Assembly (NCBI GenBank): GCA_046594875.1
Contig: JBKJQX010000145.1
Location: forward strand, 7,849-71,848
Source: Vicinamibacterales bacterium
GTDB taxonomy: Bacteria > Acidobacteriota > Vicinamibacteria > Vicinamibacterales > SCN-69-37
Direction: 5' to 3'
DNA length: 64,000 bases
The notes under the pieces were generated by a model. It had not been told where the DNA came from and ran no database searches. It saw only the letters and a program-made list of their open reading frames with translations. The position numbers and the translations under genes are program-made. Below are positions 28,230 to 44,064 of the stretch, one piece after another; the first letter of the stretch is position 1, and every line of letters starts with the position of its first letter.

Positions 28230-29703
28230 AGACGCCGCGAAGCGTATCCGAGATTTCGCCCAGCGTCGCGTGGGCCTCCACGGCCGCCAGCACCGCTGGC
28301 ACGAGGTTCATCGTTCCCCTGGCCGCGCCAGCCAGTGCTTCAAGGGACTGACGACACGCACGCTGGTCGCGGCGCGCCCGGACCGCCCCCACGGCCGCCG
28401 CCTGCCGCGCTTCGCCGCCCGGGTCGAGTTGCATCACCTGGATTGGCGACTGTTCGCCGGTGTTGAACTGATTTACACCCACCACGATGGTCTCGCGCCG
28501 ATCGATCCGCAACTGCGCCGCATACGCCGCGTCCTGCACCTGGCGCTGAATCTGTCCGGCCTCGATGGCCGCAATGGTGCCCCCCGCGTCGTCAATGCGC
28601 GCGATGAGCGCACGCGCCTCGTCGGCAATAGCGTCGGTGCGTTCCTCGATCGCCCAGGAGCCGCCCACCGGGTCCACGGTGTTTGCCACGCCCGTTTCTT
28701 CCGCGATGATCTGCTGCGTGCGCAGCGCCAGGCGGGCCGCATCCTCGGTGGGCAGCGCGAGCGCTTCGTCGCGGCCGTTGCAGTGCAGCGACTGCGTGCC
28801 GCCCAGGATGGCCGCCATCGCTTGCAGCGCCACGCGCACGATGTTGTTGTCTGGCTGCTGGGCGGTGAGTGTGGACCCGCCGGTCTGCGTATGGAACCGA
28901 AGCTGCTGGGCCCGTGGGTTCGTGGCGCCAAACCGGTCGCGCATGATCTGGGCCCACAGCCGACGCGCCGCGCGGAACTTCGCGACCTCCTCGATGAAGT
29001 CGTTGTGCGCGGCGAAAAAGAACGACAGGCGCTGGCCAAACTGGTTGATGTCCAGGCCGGCCGCCACTGCCGACTCCACATACGCGATTGCATTGGCCAG
29101 CGTGAACGCCACCTCCTGCACCGCCGTCGATCCCGCTTCGCGGATGTGATACCCGCTGATGGAAATCGTGTTCCAGTTGGGCAGGTCGCGTTCGCACCAC
29201 GCGAAGATGTCGGTCACGATCCGCAGGGAATGCCGCGGCGGATAGATATACGTGCCGCGCGCAATGTATTCCTTCAGCACATCGTTCTGAATGGTGCCCG
29301 TCAGTCGCGCCAGCGGCACGCCCTGCTGCCGAGCCACCGCCACGTACAGCGCCAGCAGGATGATGGCCGTCGCGTTGATTGTCATCGACGTGGAGACGTC
29401 GCCCAGTGGGATGCCGTCGAACAGCGTCGCCATGTCGTCCAGTGAATCGATCGCCACACCGACACGGCCCACCTCGCCGGCTGCCATCGGATGATCGGAG
29501 TCGTACCCCATCTGTGTCGGCAGGTCGAACGCGACACTCAGGCCGCTGACGCCATTCGCCAGCAGGTAGCGGTACCTCGCATTGGACTCGGCGGCTGTGC
29601 CGAACCCGGCATACTGCCGCATCGTCCACAGCCGACCCCGGTACATCGTGGGTTGAATCCCGCGTGTGAACGGAAACACACCGGGAAATTCGGCCTCAGG
29701 CAT
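28201..29703 (-). CDS. Methylmalonyl-CoA mutase family, large catalytic (substrate-binding barrel) subunit without a B12-binding domain
   Basis: [65 protein letters not shown] and [16 protein letters not shown]. The protein is about 500 aa and ends before any DxHxxG cobalamin domain. The start is either ATG 29703 or GTG 29727. Confidence 0.9.
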   Translation of the reverse strand: MPEAEFPGVFPFTRGIQPTMYRGRLWTMRQYAGFGTAAESNARYRYLLANGVSGLSVAFDLPTQMGYDSDHPMAAGEVGRVGVAIDSLDDMATLFDGIPLGDVSTSMTINATAIILLALYVAVARQQGVPLARLTGTIQNDVLKEYIARGTYIYPPRHSLRIVTDIFAWCERDLPNWNTISISGYHIREAGSTAVQEVAFTLANAIAYVESAVAAGLDINQFGQRLSFFFAAHNDFIEEVAKFRAARRLWAQIMRDRFGATNPRAQQLRFHTQTGGSTLTAQQPDNNIVRVALQAMAAILGGTQSLHCNGRDEALALPTEDAARLALRTQQIIAEETGVANTVDPVGGSWAIEERTDAIADEARALIARIDDAGGTIAAIEAGQIQRQVQDAAYAAQLRIDRRETIVVGVNQFNTGEQSPIQVMQLDPGGEARQAAAVGAVRARRDQRACRQSLEALAGAARGTMNLVPAVLAAVEAHATLGEISDTLRGVFGEHSELHV

Positions 29704-29789
29704 TCGTGGTGATTCTAGCAGTCCCACACGTTGCTGCCGTTTTGGTACAATCCCCCCAGTTTTCCCGCTTCGGCGGCAGGGAGGCCTGT

Positions 29790-30095
29790 ATGGATCCGGT
29801 TGTGAACCAACTTGCGCGAGATATGGTCGAAGCCATTTCGGCTGCGGTGGCCGACGACGCGCGAGTGGAAGCGTGTCTTGAGAAAGCGCGCGAGGCCGGA
29901 TACGACTTGAAGGTATCGCTTGAAGCCTCGATCGGGTTTGCGAGCCGTACGCCTGCCGATGGGTCGCAGGCGGCGCGTGGCATGAAGGCCCTGCCTCCGG
30001 CGCGGCCCCCCATCGAAATCACATCCAACGATCGACGGTTCCTCAAGTCGTTGAGGATCTCGGCCGACGAGCCCACCGAAAAAGAAGTGGAGTAG
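29790..30095 (+). CDS. Hypothetical protein (101 aa)
   Basis: ATG 29790 lies inside track ORF 29706-30095 and is preceded by GGGAGG. I recognise no motif. Confidence 0.45.
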   Translation: MDPVVNQLARDMVEAISAAVADDARVEACLEKAREAGYDLKVSLEASIGFASRTPADGSQAARGMKALPPARPPIEITSNDRRFLKSLRISADEPTEKEVE

Positions 30096-30098
30096 GGC

Positions 30099-30857
30099 TC
30101 AGGCCCCGCTTCGACTGGCCCGGCTTTGTTGCGCTACGGCGTCGGCCGCCTTCGCGGCCGCGGCTTCGTCCCCAAGGTAGTAGTGCCGGATAGGCGCCAG
30201 GCTGTCGTCCAGTTCGTAGATGAGCGGGATGCCGGTCGGGATGTTGAGATCCGCAATCGCGGTGTCTGAAATGCCATCGAGGTGCTTCACGAGCGCGCGG
30301 AGGCTGTTGCCGTGTGCGACGATGAGCACGCGGCCACCCTGGAGTATCGTCGGCGCGATGGTGTTGTTCCAGAAGGGCAGGAACCGCGCCACGGTGTCCT
30401 TCAGTGATTCGGTGGCGGGGCAGTCGGCCGGCGCGAGTGTGGCGTACCGCGGGTCGTGTGACGGGTGGCGCGGGTCGTCGAGTGTCAGTGGCGGCGGCGG
30501 GATGTCGTAGCTGCGCCGCCAGAGGTGGGTCTGCGCTTCGCCATGTTTCGCCGCGGTCTCGGCTTTGTTGAGTCCCTGCAGTCCGCCATAGTGGCGCTCG
30601 TTGAGCCGCCAACTGCGTTCCACCGGAATCCACATCTGATCCAGTTCGTCGAGCACGATCCAGCACGTACGAATCGCGCGCTTGAGGACAGACGTGTAGG
30701 CGATGTCGAAGGTGTCGCCGGCGGCCCGCAGCAGTTGTCCTGACGCAAGGGCTTCCTGTCGTCCGGGTTCGCTGAGATCAACGTCGGTCCAGCCGGTGAA
30801 GCGGTTTTCCTGATTCCAGGTGCTCTGGCCGTGCCGGAGCAGGACGAGTCGTTTCAT
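30099..30857 (-). CDS. gpmA: 2,3-bisphosphoglycerate-dependent phosphoglycerate mutase
   Basis: [27 protein letters not shown] (RHG catalytic motif) and [21 protein letters not shown]. The start overlaps the eno stop by 1 nt (TGATG). Confidence 0.92.
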   Translation of the reverse strand: MKRLVLLRHGQSTWNQENRFTGWTDVDLSEPGRQEALASGQLLRAAGDTFDIAYTSVLKRAIRTCWIVLDELDQMWIPVERSWRLNERHYGGLQGLNKAETAAKHGEAQTHLWRRSYDIPPPPLTLDDPRHPSHDPRYATLAPADCPATESLKDTVARFLPFWNNTIAPTILQGGRVLIVAHGNSLRALVKHLDGISDTAIADLNIPTGIPLIYELDDSLAPIRHYYLGDEAAAAKAADAVAQQSRASRSGA

Positions 30858-32170
30858 CAGACGGTTCTCAGGTGCGCGAGGGCGCTGCGTCCTGCATAGG
30901 TGGCTGCGGTGCCGAGTGTTTCCTCGATGCGCAGCAACTGGTTGTATTTCGCCGTGCGATCGGAGCGGCTGGCCGAGCCGGTCTTGATCTGGCCGGCGGC
31001 GGTGCCCACGGCGAGGTCGGCAATTGTCGTGTCTTCGGTTTCACCGGACCGGTGTGACATGACGCTGGCGTACCCCGCGCGGCGGGCGATGGCCATGGCG
31101 TCGAGCGTCTCTGAGACGGTGCCAATCTGATTCAGCTTCACAAGCAGGGCGTTGCCGACGCGCTCGTCGATGCCGCGGCGCAGAATCGCCGGGTTCGTCA
31201 CGAAGACGTCGTCGCCCACCAGCTGGACGCGATTGCCGATGGCAGCGGTCAGGCGCGTCCAGCCGGGCCAGTCACCTTCGGCGAGCCCGTCTTCCACGGA
31301 TGCGATCGGGTACTGGCGGGTCCAGTCGTCATAGAGCGCAATCATCTCGTCGGACGAGCGACGGCCTTCGCCGGATTTCGCCAGAACGTAGGCGCCGGCG
31401 GCCGGATCCCAGAATTCGCTGGCGGCCACGTCGAGGGCCACCACCATGTCGCGACCCGGCGTAAAGCCGGCGCGGTGGATGGCCTCAAGCACGAGCTCGA
31501 CGGCTTCGCGATTGGAGGCGAGGCTCGGGGCGAAGCCGCCTTCATCGCCCACACCGGTGGCGAGGCCGCGCGCCTTGAGGAGTCCACGCAGCGCGTGGAA
31601 AGTTTCGGTGCCGGCTCGCAGACCTTCAGAGAAAGTCGGCAGGCCGATGGGCATGACCATGAACTCCTGGAAGTCCACGTTGGTGTCGGCGTGTGCGCCG
31701 CCGTTGAGGATGTTCATCATCGGCACGGGCAGCAGCGTGCCCGCGCCTGCGACCGGGGTCTCGAGCAGCGACACGATGTGTTCGCACAGCGGGATGCCGC
31801 GTCCGGCCGCGGCCGCTCGCACGACGGCCATCGACACGCCGAGCAGCGCGTTGGCGCCCAAACGAGCCTTGTTCGGCGTACCGTCGAGCGCCACAAGCTG
31901 GGCGTCGATCGACCGCTGATCTGGTGACTCTCCCTGAAGCGCGGCGGCGATCTCCGTGTTGATGTGCGACACGGCTTTGAGCACGCCCCGGCCGAGGTAG
32001 CGCCCCTTGTCGCCGTCACGAAGCTCGAGGGCTTCGCGGCTGCCGGTTGAGGCGCCAGACGGCACGGCAGCCCGGCCGAGTGCCCCAGTATCGAGGGTCA
32101 CATCCACTTCAACGGTGGGATTGCCTCGGGAATCGAGGATTTGACGGGAAAAAATGGTCTTAATTTTCAC
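30857..32170 (-). CDS. eno: Enolase (phosphopyruvate hydratase)
   Basis: The start of track ORF 30857-32314 is moved to GTG 32170 ([24 protein letters not shown]). Also present are [32 protein letters not shown] and [23 protein letters not shown]. Confidence 0.95.
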   Translation of the reverse strand: MKIKTIFSRQILDSRGNPTVEVDVTLDTGALGRAAVPSGASTGSREALELRDGDKGRYLGRGVLKAVSHINTEIAAALQGESPDQRSIDAQLVALDGTPNKARLGANALLGVSMAVVRAAAAGRGIPLCEHIVSLLETPVAGAGTLLPVPMMNILNGGAHADTNVDFQEFMVMPIGLPTFSEGLRAGTETFHALRGLLKARGLATGVGDEGGFAPSLASNREAVELVLEAIHRAGFTPGRDMVVALDVAASEFWDPAAGAYVLAKSGEGRRSSDEMIALYDDWTRQYPIASVEDGLAEGDWPGWTRLTAAIGNRVQLVGDDVFVTNPAILRRGIDERVGNALLVKLNQIGTVSETLDAMAIARRAGYASVMSHRSGETEDTTIADLAVGTAAGQIKTGSASRSDRTAKYNQLLRIEETLGTAATYAGRSALAHLRTV

Positions 32171-32255
32171 GTTCGTCGGCAGTGTAACATGCCGCCTATC
32201 AAGGGTTTGACTTGATTTCCGATCGGGCCTACCATGACTTTTGAAGCAACCTGAA

Positions 32256-34133
32256 ATGAGAGGGTGGATGCCCCGACCTGCCGCATCAATACTCGTTGTC
32301 GTCGCCGTCGTCACGACTAGTGCGTCGCCGGCGATGGCGCAGCTTGCGCGCGCACCGCGCCCAGTCAGTGTGGAGGCGGCCGTCCGATCGGGTGTTGTCA
32401 GCGGCGTTGTGCGTGATGATCTCGGCCAGATCGTGGCGGGGGTGGCGGTGTCGGCGATCGGTACGATTCAGGCGCAGGCCCGGACTGACGCGACCGGCAG
32501 TTTTAATTTGTCTCTGGTGCCTGGCGAGTACGTGCTTCGGGCCACCCACACGGGTTACGTCTCCCCCTACAGGGCATTGGTGCGTGTTGGCCCGAGCATG
32601 CATCTCAAGCGGAACATCGTCATCACGAAGCTGCCGGAATTGCCCGAGCGGCGGGTGTTGATCGCGTCGGTGGGGCTGACCGACCCGAGCGAGGCCCCGG
32701 CACGTCCGGCAGCAGCCGAGCCGCCGGCCAAAGGCAGTTTGCACGCGTGGTACCTCCGGCATCTGCCGCGCACAATCCTGCGCGACGAGTCGGGGCAGCG
32801 GCCGCGCCGCACAGACCTCCGGTACCTTCCGTCGTTCCTGGACTGGGCCGTCGTCGAGTCGGCCCGCGCGGCGACATCGTTTTTTGCCGACACGCATTTC
32901 AGCGGCCAGGTCAACGTGTTGACCACCACGGCGATGGCGACCACTCAGGGCGGCCTTCCGGACCGCGACCCGCGCGGCATCGCGTACATGGCGGTGGGCG
33001 CGCCTATCGGCGTGCACGGCGACTGGCGGCTGCGCGGCGCGTTGAGCACGGGCGGCCTCGCGTCGTGGGTGGTGCTTGGCGAGTACGAGGCGCGTGATGT
33101 GCAGGCGCACGCGTTCCGCGTGGGGATGTCCTACGGCGCGCAGCGCGCCGTGGACGACTTCGGCATAGCGCAGTTGACGACGCCCGGGGCCGGCCGCGCG
33201 GTGGCGAGTGTGTTTGGTCACGACCGGTGGCGTGTGCAGCCCGGTCTCGAAATTGATTACGGCCTGCGCCTCGACCGGTACGATTACGTCGCCGGCCAGG
33301 ACTTCATCAGCCCGCGTGTCGGCTTCCGTCTCGGGATCGCGCCGCAGACCTCATTCAGAGGCCTGGTCTCGAACTCGGCGGTCGCGCCCGGTGCCGATGA
33401 ATTCCTGCCGCCGCCCACGTCCGGTCCGTGGCTGCCGCCCGAGCGGACGTTCGCCAGCCTGGTGCCCGGGGCGCCATTCCGATCCGAACGCGTACGGCGT
33501 TATGAAGCTGGTGTTGAGCACGACCTGGGTGCAATCGGCCAGCCGATGGTCATCGGCGTGCGCTGGTTCCACGAAGACTCGCGCGATCAACTGGCCACGA
33601 TGTTCGGCGTGAATACGTCGAGAGCCGTGGGGCACTACTACGTGGCGAGCCCCGGCAGCGTGCGGCTCGAAGGGTGGGCGCTGCGCGCGGCCGGAAACGT
33701 CACGCCGCTGGTGAAGGCGTCGGTGGAGTACTCGATCAGCCACGCGCGTTGGGTATTCGGCGCCGAGGCGGCCGATATCGCCCGCGTGATGCCGTCGGCG
33801 GTGCGTTCGGAGCGCGAACGTCTGCACGATGTCACGAGCACGCTCGAGGCCTCGATTCCCGAGACGTCAACCAGCGTGTCGGTGGCGTATCGCGTCAACA
33901 GCGCGCTCACACGGCAGGATGCGGAAGGACTGGCGGCGATGTTCGACGGCCGTTTTGCCGTCCAATTGCGGCAGGTGCTGCCGCTGCGCACGCTCGGTGG
34001 CGGCCGGATCGAGTTCATGGTGAGCGTCAGCAACCTCTTCCGCGATCCCCAGAACTCGGGCTCGTTTTATGACGAGCTCCTGACCGTCCGCACGCCACGG
34101 CGTGTGCTCGGTGGTGTGCAGGTGAGGTTCTAA
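32256..34133 (+). CDS. Outer-membrane beta-barrel protein with N-terminal CarboxypepD_reg domain (TonB-dependent-receptor-like)
   Basis: Signal peptide ...[31 protein letters not shown]...[25 protein letters not shown] forms the N-terminal domain. The C-terminus ...VLGGVQVRF ends in an aromatic residue, as in OMP beta-signals. Confidence 0.65.
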   Translation: MRGWMPRPAASILVVVAVVTTSASPAMAQLARAPRPVSVEAAVRSGVVSGVVRDDLGQIVAGVAVSAIGTIQAQARTDATGSFNLSLVPGEYVLRATHTGYVSPYRALVRVGPSMHLKRNIVITKLPELPERRVLIASVGLTDPSEAPARPAAAEPPAKGSLHAWYLRHLPRTILRDESGQRPRRTDLRYLPSFLDWAVVESARAATSFFADTHFSGQVNVLTTTAMATTQGGLPDRDPRGIAYMAVGAPIGVHGDWRLRGALSTGGLASWVVLGEYEARDVQAHAFRVGMSYGAQRAVDDFGIAQLTTPGAGRAVASVFGHDRWRVQPGLEIDYGLRLDRYDYVAGQDFISPRVGFRLGIAPQTSFRGLVSNSAVAPGADEFLPPPTSGPWLPPERTFASLVPGAPFRSERVRRYEAGVEHDLGAIGQPMVIGVRWFHEDSRDQLATMFGVNTSRAVGHYYVASPGSVRLEGWALRAAGNVTPLVKASVEYSISHARWVFGAEAADIARVMPSAVRSERERLHDVTSTLEASIPETSTSVSVAYRVNSALTRQDAEGLAAMFDGRFAVQLRQVLPLRTLGGGRIEFMVSVSNLFRDPQNSGSFYDELLTVRTPRRVLGGVQVRF

Positions 34134-34176
34134 CCCCACCAGCCTCGCGCGGCCCCGGCTGGGGCGCTTTTTGCCG

Positions 34177-37049
<2,873 letters not shown>

Positions 37050-37050
<1 letters not shown>

Positions 37051-38495
37051 TGACTGATTCGCCCGCGAACGTTCTGATTATTGACGACGAAGAAATTATC
37101 CGAGAGGCGCTTGATGCGTTGCTCACGATGGATGGGTGTGTGGTGCGCACGGCGGCCACCGCGGCCGACGGCCTTGCGCTGCTGGCCGACAACGACTTCG
37201 ATACCGTGCTCCTGGATCTGATGCTGCCCGATCGCAGCGGCCTCGAGGTGCTGGACGAAATTCGCCGGAGCGATGACACGCTGCCGGTGGTCATGATCAC
37301 CGCGTTCGGCACCATCGACACCGCGGTGCGTGCCACCAAACAGGGCGCGTTTCACTATTTCACCAAGCCGTTCAAGAACGACGAAGTGCTGGTGGTGTTG
37401 CACAACGCCGTGGAACGCCGGCGCCTGCAGCGCGAGAATCTGGAATTGCGAAACCGGTTGAAGCTGGGCAGCCACCGCTTCGATCAGATCATCGGCGGCA
37501 GCCCGAAGATGCGTGCGATCTACGACCTGGTGGCCCGGGCCGCGCCCAGCCGCACGACGGTCCTGATTCAGGGAGAAAGCGGCACCGGCAAGGAGTTGGT
37601 GGCCCAGGCGTGCCATCGCCATTCGGCGCGCGCCGACAAGGCCTTCGTGACCGTTAACTCAGGCAACTTGCCGCCCGACCTGCTCGAGTCGCTGTTGTTT
37701 GGTCACGTCAAGGGCGCGTTCACCGGCGCGGTGGCGATGAAAAAGGGCCTGTTCGAAATGGCCGACCGCGGGACGATTTTCTTCGACGAGATCGGCAATG
37801 TGCCGCTCGAGACGCAGGCCAAACTGTTGCGGGTCATCCAGGCTCGCGAGTTCATGCGCCTGGGTGGCGTGGATACCATCAAGGTGGACGTCCGCATCAT
37901 CGCGGCGACGAACGTGGACCTGCGCAGGAGCGTGGCAGAAGGCAAGTTTCGCGAAGACCTGTTCTACCGCCTCAACGTCATTCCCGTGCAGATGCCCTCC
38001 CTGCGCGATCACAAAGAGGACATTCCGTTGCTCGTGCAGCACTTCCTCGAAAAACACAGTGAGGACATCCGCAAATCGGGCTGGTTCGTGACGCCAGAGG
38101 CGATGGACCTGCTCATGGCCTATGACTGGCCTGGCAACGTGCGCGAACTGGAGAACGTGATCGAACGCGCCGTGGTGTTATGTCCAGCGCGGGAAATTGG
38201 CGTGGATCTGATTCCCGATCAGGTGCGGTTCAACCGCGAGTTCAAGGATGCGGACTTTGTGGTTCCGCCCGAGGGTATTCCCCTCAAAGAAGTCCTGGCG
38301 AACGCCGAGCGTCGCTGGATCGAGTCCGCGCTGGACGCGGCCGGCGGAGTGCAGAAGCGGGCGGCCGAATTGCTGGCCATCAAGCCGACCACCTTGAACG
38401 AGATGATCAAGCGGTACGACATCCGGCCGCGGCGCAGGCGCCCGGAGACTGACGAGACTCCTCCGGCAGCAGCCGCAGATAGGGATGGCGGGTAG
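37050..38495 (+). CDS. Sigma-54-dependent Fis-family response regulator (NtrC-like)
   Basis: Receiver domain ([12 protein letters not shown]), AAA+ module ([21 protein letters not shown]) and C-terminal HTH. A 1-nt overlap links it to the kinase gene. Confidence 0.92.
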
Positions 38496-38554
38496 CTCGG
38501 GCATTCGATCTGCCGGGGTTCGCGGCACCATGCGGGGCGTGTCGGGTGATGGAT

Positions 38555-40105
38555 TTACCGCGAGACGGCGAATTGTGATCCATCCCATTGCACGACGCAC
38601 GGCAGTGCAGGGGAGTCCTGTGGTGCCGGGGAGTCCTTGGGGCGGCCTGTCTGAGCCAGTGCCTCAGGAAAGCCGTTTCTGAAGACATAGGCACCGGCCA
38701 CATGGTCAGGCAAACCACGGACGTCCGTGGGCACACAGTCGCCTGGCAAAGACGTCAATCCGGACAGCACCCGCTCTCTGGTTTCACTGGCTTCCATCCA
38801 GGGCCGCTGGTGCGCAAGCACCACTGCAGCGAACACCGCGACCAGACCAATCAATATGGCAGGCCCGCTCCTGTCGCCCGCTCCAGCGCAATGACGCATG
38901 ACCATTGACACGACCGCGATTGACCAGACCGTCGAGCCGAGATACAGGTATCGCGAGCCCTGCAGGTCAGGGCCGACGTACAACATCGTAAAGAGAGGAA
39001 AAACTGAACACAGCACCCAGAGGACTCCCAAGGCGACCAGATGAAATGTCTTCGGCTCTTCGCGCCACGCCCGGGCAGAGCGGATCAGGATAGCCGGCCA
39101 CAGAAGCGCCAGCCCAATGCCAACAAGGGGCACGGAATTGATGATACGGGCGTGCAGGCCTAAACCCAGTGAGCCAAAGGGTCGACTCAACATTTCTTTG
39201 AGCGCGTATCCGGACAGAGGGACCATCTGTGACTCCGGTAGTCCCCAGACGATGCGTCCCAGTCCATAGAGCAGAACCAATATTGCAGACGCTCCGAGCG
39301 AGATCAGGGCTGTCTGGCGTCGTTCGGCCCGCGCGAACGGAATCAGCAGAGCCAGCAACAGAGGCAAGGCGACCGCCGTCTCCTTGGACGCCAACGCCGC
39401 CATCGTCATTACCGATACGAGACCGATTGTCGAAGCAGCCTGGAGGCGATAACTCAACAAGATCACGGTGCTCGACAACACGCTCACGGTGAGCAGGATG
39501 TCGAAGAGTCCAGACGCCCATGCGACAGGCTCAACGTTGGATGGCCACGTCAGGAAGAGGGCAGCCGCCATTGCCGCTCCACGCTGCTGCAGACCGAGAG
39601 CTCTCCCAAGCCGGTACACGAGCCAGGCATTCACGCCGTGGAGGCCCGCGTTCAAAACGTGGAGCGCGCTTGGGACCAGGTGTGTGGGAAGGGCGTAATC
39701 GAGTGCCCACCACAACGCCAACGGAAGCGGCCGAACGTAGTCCCAACTTGAATCAATCAGTGCGCCCTGACGAGCCCGCTGCAGGAGAACGAAGTCATCC
39801 GACAACAATCCGATTCCAAAAATTGGCGAATAGAGAACGAGGGCCATGACGACCAGGCTCACACCGATAGTTACCGCCCACATCCGACTGGCTGACGGCT
39901 CTTCTGGTGATTGAAAGGCAGTGGGGACGATGCGCCGCCTGAGGGCCAAGCCAGCGAACAAGAGGATGGCGCCAAAAATGAACCAGGCTGATTCAGCCCG
40001 GTGACGCATCTCTGAATTGAGCACAAAGACGACGCCGTTCCAAGCGGCCCAGAGACCGCCCAGAACCACTAGGAGGCGCATGACTTCACTTGGAGAGTTT
40101 GCCAT
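38555..40105 (-). CDS. Polytopic membrane protein, GT-C-fold glycosyltransferase-like (ArnT/PMT/TMTC-like)
   Basis: The start of track ORF 38555-40342 is trimmed to ATG 40105 (or 40081) so it does not overlap purL. There are at least 10 TM helices. An acidic first-loop motif (LLSDDFVLLQRA) resembles the DD/DE loop of GT-C enzymes. Confidence 0.55.
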   Translation of the reverse strand: MANSPSEVMRLLVVLGGLWAAWNGVVFVLNSEMRHRAESAWFIFGAILLFAGLALRRRIVPTAFQSPEEPSASRMWAVTIGVSLVVMALVLYSPIFGIGLLSDDFVLLQRARQGALIDSSWDYVRPLPLALWWALDYALPTHLVPSALHVLNAGLHGVNAWLVYRLGRALGLQQRGAAMAAALFLTWPSNVEPVAWASGLFDILLTVSVLSSTVILLSYRLQAASTIGLVSVMTMAALASKETAVALPLLLALLIPFARAERRQTALISLGASAILVLLYGLGRIVWGLPESQMVPLSGYALKEMLSRPFGSLGLGLHARIINSVPLVGIGLALLWPAILIRSARAWREEPKTFHLVALGVLWVLCSVFPLFTMLYVGPDLQGSRYLYLGSTVWSIAVVSMVMRHCAGAGDRSGPAILIGLVAVFAAVVLAHQRPWMEASETRERVLSGLTSLPGDCVPTDVRGLPDHVAGAYVFRNGFPEALAQTGRPKDSPAPQDSPALPCVVQWDGSQFAVSR

Positions 40106-40165
40106 AAGCGACAACCGGGGAGGCGCCTTCGCAGACGCGGTTGCGGTAAACTGTGACCGTTCGGC

Positions 40166-43100
40166 ATGCTGACCCTCTCCGGCGCCGCAGCGCTTTCTCA
40201 TTTTCGCCTTAATCGTCTTCTCGAAACCCTGCGCGGGCACACCGCGGGCATCACTTCGCTGAATGCGCGATTTGAGCACTTCGTCGACGTAGACGGAAGC
40301 CTCAACGCTCCCGAGCGTGACCTGCTCGAGCGTCTGCTTCACTACGGCCCACGGCGTGCCGAGGTGGAGGAACGCGGCGCGCTCTTCCTGGTGGTTCCTC
40401 GCCCCGGAACCGTCTCACCCTGGTCCAGCAAGGCGACTGATATCACCCGCAACACGGGCCTCGCGAAAGTGCGACGCGTGGAGCGCGGAATTGCGTACTA
40501 CATCGATGGAGACCCGGGCCTACTGGCATCATCGCGCCCTCAGATCGCAGCGGCGCTCCACGACCGGATGGTGGAACACGTGCTCGACCGGCTCGACGAT
40601 GCGGCGAGGTTGTTTGCGCATGAACCGGCCCGCCCGCTGGTGACGATTGATGTGCTGGGTGGTGGCCGCGAGGCGCTTGAGCGCGCGAATCGCGAGTTCG
40701 GCTTTGCCCTCGTGCCCGATGAAGTTCAGTACCTCTGCGCGGCGTTTGTCGAACTCGGTCGCAATCCGACGGATGTCGAGTTGATGATGTTCGCGCAGGC
40801 GAACAGCGAACACTGCCGGCACAAGATCTTCAACGCCACGTGGACCATCGACGGAACGGAGCAGGCGAAGAGCCTGTTCGGCATGATTCGCAACACCTAT
40901 GAGAGTGGCGATTCGTCTGATGTGCTCAGTGCGTACTCCGATAACGCGGCGGTGATTCGCGGGCCTCAGACACGGCGCTGGTTTCCCGACCCTGTGACCA
41001 GCCAGTTTGCGTTTCACGACGAGCCGGTTCACATCCTGATGAAGGTGGAGACCCACAATCACCCGACCGCCATCGCACCGTATCCGGGAGCCTCCACTGG
41101 ATCCGGTGGCGAGATTCGCGACGAGGGCGCCGTCGGGATCGGCGCTCGCCCCAAGGTCGGCCTGGTGGGCTTCAGCGTGTCGAACCTGCGGGTGCCGGGG
41201 TACGAGCAGCCGTGGGAAGAAAACCACGGCAAACCCGACCGCATCGTCTCGGCGATGCAGATCATGATTGACGGACCCCTTGGCGCGGCGGCGTTTAACA
41301 ACGAATTTGGCCGCCCGGCCATTTGCGGATACTTTCGCACGCTTGAGCAGTCAGACCGAGGCCAAGTGCGCGGCTACCACAAGCCGATCATGATTGCCGG
41401 CGGCCTGGGGAATATCCGCGAGTCGCACGTGCGCAAACGCGACATGCCCGCGGGGTCCCTGCTTGTGGTCCTGGGCGGGCCGGCCATGTTGATTGGCCTC
41501 GGTGGCGGTGCCGCATCGTCGATGTCGTCAGGAGCAAGCGACGCGGAACTGGATTTTGCGTCGGTCCAGCGTGACAACGCCGAGATGCAGCATCGTTGCC
41601 AGGAGGTCATCGATCGATGCTGGCAGCGAGGCGACCAGAATCCGATTCGCTTCATTCACGATGTTGGTGCCGGTGGCTTGTCGAACGCGCTGCCTGAACT
41701 GGTGAAGGACGGCGGGCGCGGCGGCCACATCAACCTCCGCAGCATTCCGAGTGCCGACGCAGCACTCTCGCCCCTGGAAATCTGGTGCAACGAGGCGCAG
41801 GAACGGTACGTGCTGGCGATCGATCCCGCCGGTCTCGAGGCCTTCCGCGAGATCTGCGATCGCGAACGTTGTCCTTTTGCAGTGGTGGGTGAAGCGCTCG
41901 CCGACCCGCACCTGGAGGTGGCGGACCCGCAACTCGGGGCTCCGCCCGTGGATCTGCCGCTGTCGGTGTTGTTTGGCAAGTCGCCCAAAATGCGGCGAGC
42001 GTTCACGCGCGAGACGTCTGCAGGCCAGACGTTGTCGCTCGACGGCATCACGGTGGCGGACGCGGTTGAACGCGTGCTTCGCATGCCTGCGGTTGGGAGC
42101 AAAGGCTTCCTTGTCACCATTGGCGACCGCAGCGTCACAGGCCTCGTCAGTCGCGATCAGATGGTGGGCCCGTGGCAGGTGCCGGTGGCCGACTGTGGCG
42201 TCACGCTGACCGGCTACGACGCGTATGTCGGCGAGGCGATGGCAATGGGCGAACGCACACCACTCGCCATGATGGACGCGCCGGCGTCTGGCCGCATGGC
42301 GGTGGCGGAGGCCATCACCAACATTGCCAGCGCACGCATCGCGAAACTGACTGACGTGAAGCTCTCTGCCAACTGGATGGCGGCCGCCGGGCATCCCGGG
42401 GAGGACCAGGCGCTGTTTGATACCGTCCGGGCTGTGGGGATGGAGCTGTGTCCTGCCCTGGGCCTGGTCATTCCTGTCGGCAAGGACTCCTTGTCAATGC
42501 AAACGCGCTGGCAGGCGGCCGGTCGCGAGCACGTCGTCACCGCGCCACTATCGCTGATTGTCTCGGCCTTCGCGCCTGTGCTGGATGTGCGCGCGTGTGT
42601 GACGCCTGTCCTGCGCACAGATGCGCCAGCTGAGTTGTTGCTGATGGACTTGGGCGCGGGCAGGAACCGGCTCGGAGGTTCTGCGCTCGCCCTTGGGTGG
42701 AACCGCGTTGGCGGTGAGGTGCCGGATCTGGATGATTCCGCGCGGCTGTCTGCGCTGTTCGACGTCATGCAGCGCTCCCTTGCTGACGGCCACGTGGTTG
42801 CGTACCACGATCGGTCGGACGGCGGGCTGTTCGCTACGCTCGCGGAGATGGCGTTTGCCGGTCATTGCGGCCTCGACGTGAATATCTCATCCCTCGGCGG
42901 CGACCCCTTGGCGGTGCTGTTCAACGAGGAGCTCGGCGCCGTGTTGCAGGTGCGGTCGGCAGACGTACCGGTTGTCCTCGATCGGTGTGCGGCGGCGGGC
43001 CTGGGCGCGATGACACATCGCATCGGCACCGCCGTGCCCGGCGCGACCCTGCGGATGGAGTCCGACGGTCGGGAGATCTACAGCGCATCCCGCATAGATC

Positions 43101-44047
43101 TCCATCGGGCCTGGGCCGAGCTGAGCTTCGCGATGCAGAGCCGCCGTGACAACCCCGACTGCGCGCGCGAAGAGTACGACGCCCTGCTCGATGATGCCGA
43201 TCCTGGGCTGTCGGCGTCGCTGACCTATCCGACGACCGAGGATCCTGCCGCGCCGTTCATAGCGACCGGGGTTCGGCCACGCATCGCGATTCTGAGAGAA
43301 CAGGGCGTGAACGGGCAGTACGAAATGGCCGCGGCCTTCGACCGCGCCGGTTTCTCGACCGTGGACGTGCACATGAGCGACATCCTCGGCGGCCGCGTGG
43401 ACCTCGGCGCCTTCAAGGGCATGGCGGCGTGTGGAGGTTTTTCGTACGGCGACGTCCTTGGCGCCGGCGAGGGATGGGCGAAGACGATCCTCTTCAACGC
43501 CCGCGCCCGGGATCAGTTCGCGGCGTTTTTCGCGCGGACCGATACCTTCACGGTCGGCATGTGTAATGGGTGCCAGATGATCTCGAACCTGCGCGAACTG
43601 GTGCCGGGCGCATCACACTGGCCGCGGTTTGTCCGTAATCTCTCCGAGCAATACGAGGCGCGTGTGGCGCTGGTGCGCGTGGAGGCAAGTCCGTCTCTGC
43701 TGCTGGCCGGCATGCGCGGCTCGCAGATTCCGATTGTGGTGGCGCATGGCGAAGGCCAGGCCGAGTTTGCCGAAAGCGCTGACCTTGCGTCGCTTGAAGC
43801 CCGGCATGGCGTGGCGCTTCGGTATGTGGACACCCGTGGTCACCAGACTCAGAGGTTTCCCGCCAATCCCAACGGATCTGCCGGCGCCGTGGCGGCGGTG
43901 TGTTCAGAAGACGGCCGCGTCACCATCACGATGCCGCACCCTGAACGCGTGTTCCGCACCGTGCAGAACTCCTGGGCGCCAGCCGCGTGGGGCGAAGACG
44001 GCGCGTGGATGCGCCTCTTCCGGAACGCGCGCGTCTGGCTCGGCTAG
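40166..44047 (+). CDS. purL: Phosphoribosylformylglycinamidine synthase, single-chain large PurL
   Basis: 1293 aa. [11 protein letters not shown] and [27 protein letters not shown] are present, and the C-terminal glutaminase domain has GMCNGCQM (catalytic Cys) and MPHPER. Confidence 0.95.
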   Translation: MLTLSGAAALSHFRLNRLLETLRGHTAGITSLNARFEHFVDVDGSLNAPERDLLERLLHYGPRRAEVEERGALFLVVPRPGTVSPWSSKATDITRNTGLAKVRRVERGIAYYIDGDPGLLASSRPQIAAALHDRMVEHVLDRLDDAARLFAHEPARPLVTIDVLGGGREALERANREFGFALVPDEVQYLCAAFVELGRNPTDVELMMFAQANSEHCRHKIFNATWTIDGTEQAKSLFGMIRNTYESGDSSDVLSAYSDNAAVIRGPQTRRWFPDPVTSQFAFHDEPVHILMKVETHNHPTAIAPYPGASTGSGGEIRDEGAVGIGARPKVGLVGFSVSNLRVPGYEQPWEENHGKPDRIVSAMQIMIDGPLGAAAFNNEFGRPAICGYFRTLEQSDRGQVRGYHKPIMIAGGLGNIRESHVRKRDMPAGSLLVVLGGPAMLIGLGGGAASSMSSGASDAELDFASVQRDNAEMQHRCQEVIDRCWQRGDQNPIRFIHDVGAGGLSNALPELVKDGGRGGHINLRSIPSADAALSPLEIWCNEAQERYVLAIDPAGLEAFREICDRERCPFAVVGEALADPHLEVADPQLGAPPVDLPLSVLFGKSPKMRRAFTRETSAGQTLSLDGITVADAVERVLRMPAVGSKGFLVTIGDRSVTGLVSRDQMVGPWQVPVADCGVTLTGYDAYVGEAMAMGERTPLAMMDAPASGRMAVAEAITNIASARIAKLTDVKLSANWMAAAGHPGEDQALFDTVRAVGMELCPALGLVIPVGKDSLSMQTRWQAAGREHVVTAPLSLIVSAFAPVLDVRACVTPVLRTDAPAELLLMDLGAGRNRLGGSALALGWNRVGGEVPDLDDSARLSALFDVMQRSLADGHVVAYHDRSDGGLFATLAEMAFAGHCGLDVNISSLGGDPLAVLFNEELGAVLQVRSADVPVVLDRCAAAGLGAMTHRIGTAVPGATLRMESDGREIYSASRIDLHRAWAELSFAMQSRRDNPDCAREEYDALLDDADPGLSASLTYPTTEDPAAPFIATGVRPRIAILREQGVNGQYEMAAAFDRAGFSTVDVHMSDILGGRVDLGAFKGMAACGGFSYGDVLGAGEGWAKTILFNARARDQFAAFFARTDTFTVGMCNGCQMISNLRELVPGASHWPRFVRNLSEQYEARVALVRVEASPSLLLAGMRGSQIPIVVAHGEGQAEFAESADLASLEARHGVALRYVDTRGHQTQRFPANPNGSAGAVAAVCSEDGRVTITMPHPERVFRTVQNSWAPAAWGEDGAWMRLFRNARVWLG

Positions 44048-44064
44048 CGCGCTCAAACAGCCAC

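Noticed and set aside
40106-40165. Purine, ZTP or cobalamin riboswitches upstream of purL, purD (55550-55634) and the mutase gene (29728-29789)
   Set aside because: The spacers are only 60-85 nt and -10-like boxes lie within 6-13 nt of the start codons. I saw no conserved riboswitch core sequences, and there is no room for an aptamer plus expression platform.
40106-40342. Long N-terminal extension of the GT-C-like membrane gene overlapping purL by 177 nt
   Set aside because: The extension is antisense to the conserved purL N-terminus. An internal ATG at 40105, followed directly by the first TM helix, gives a sensible divergent arrangement.
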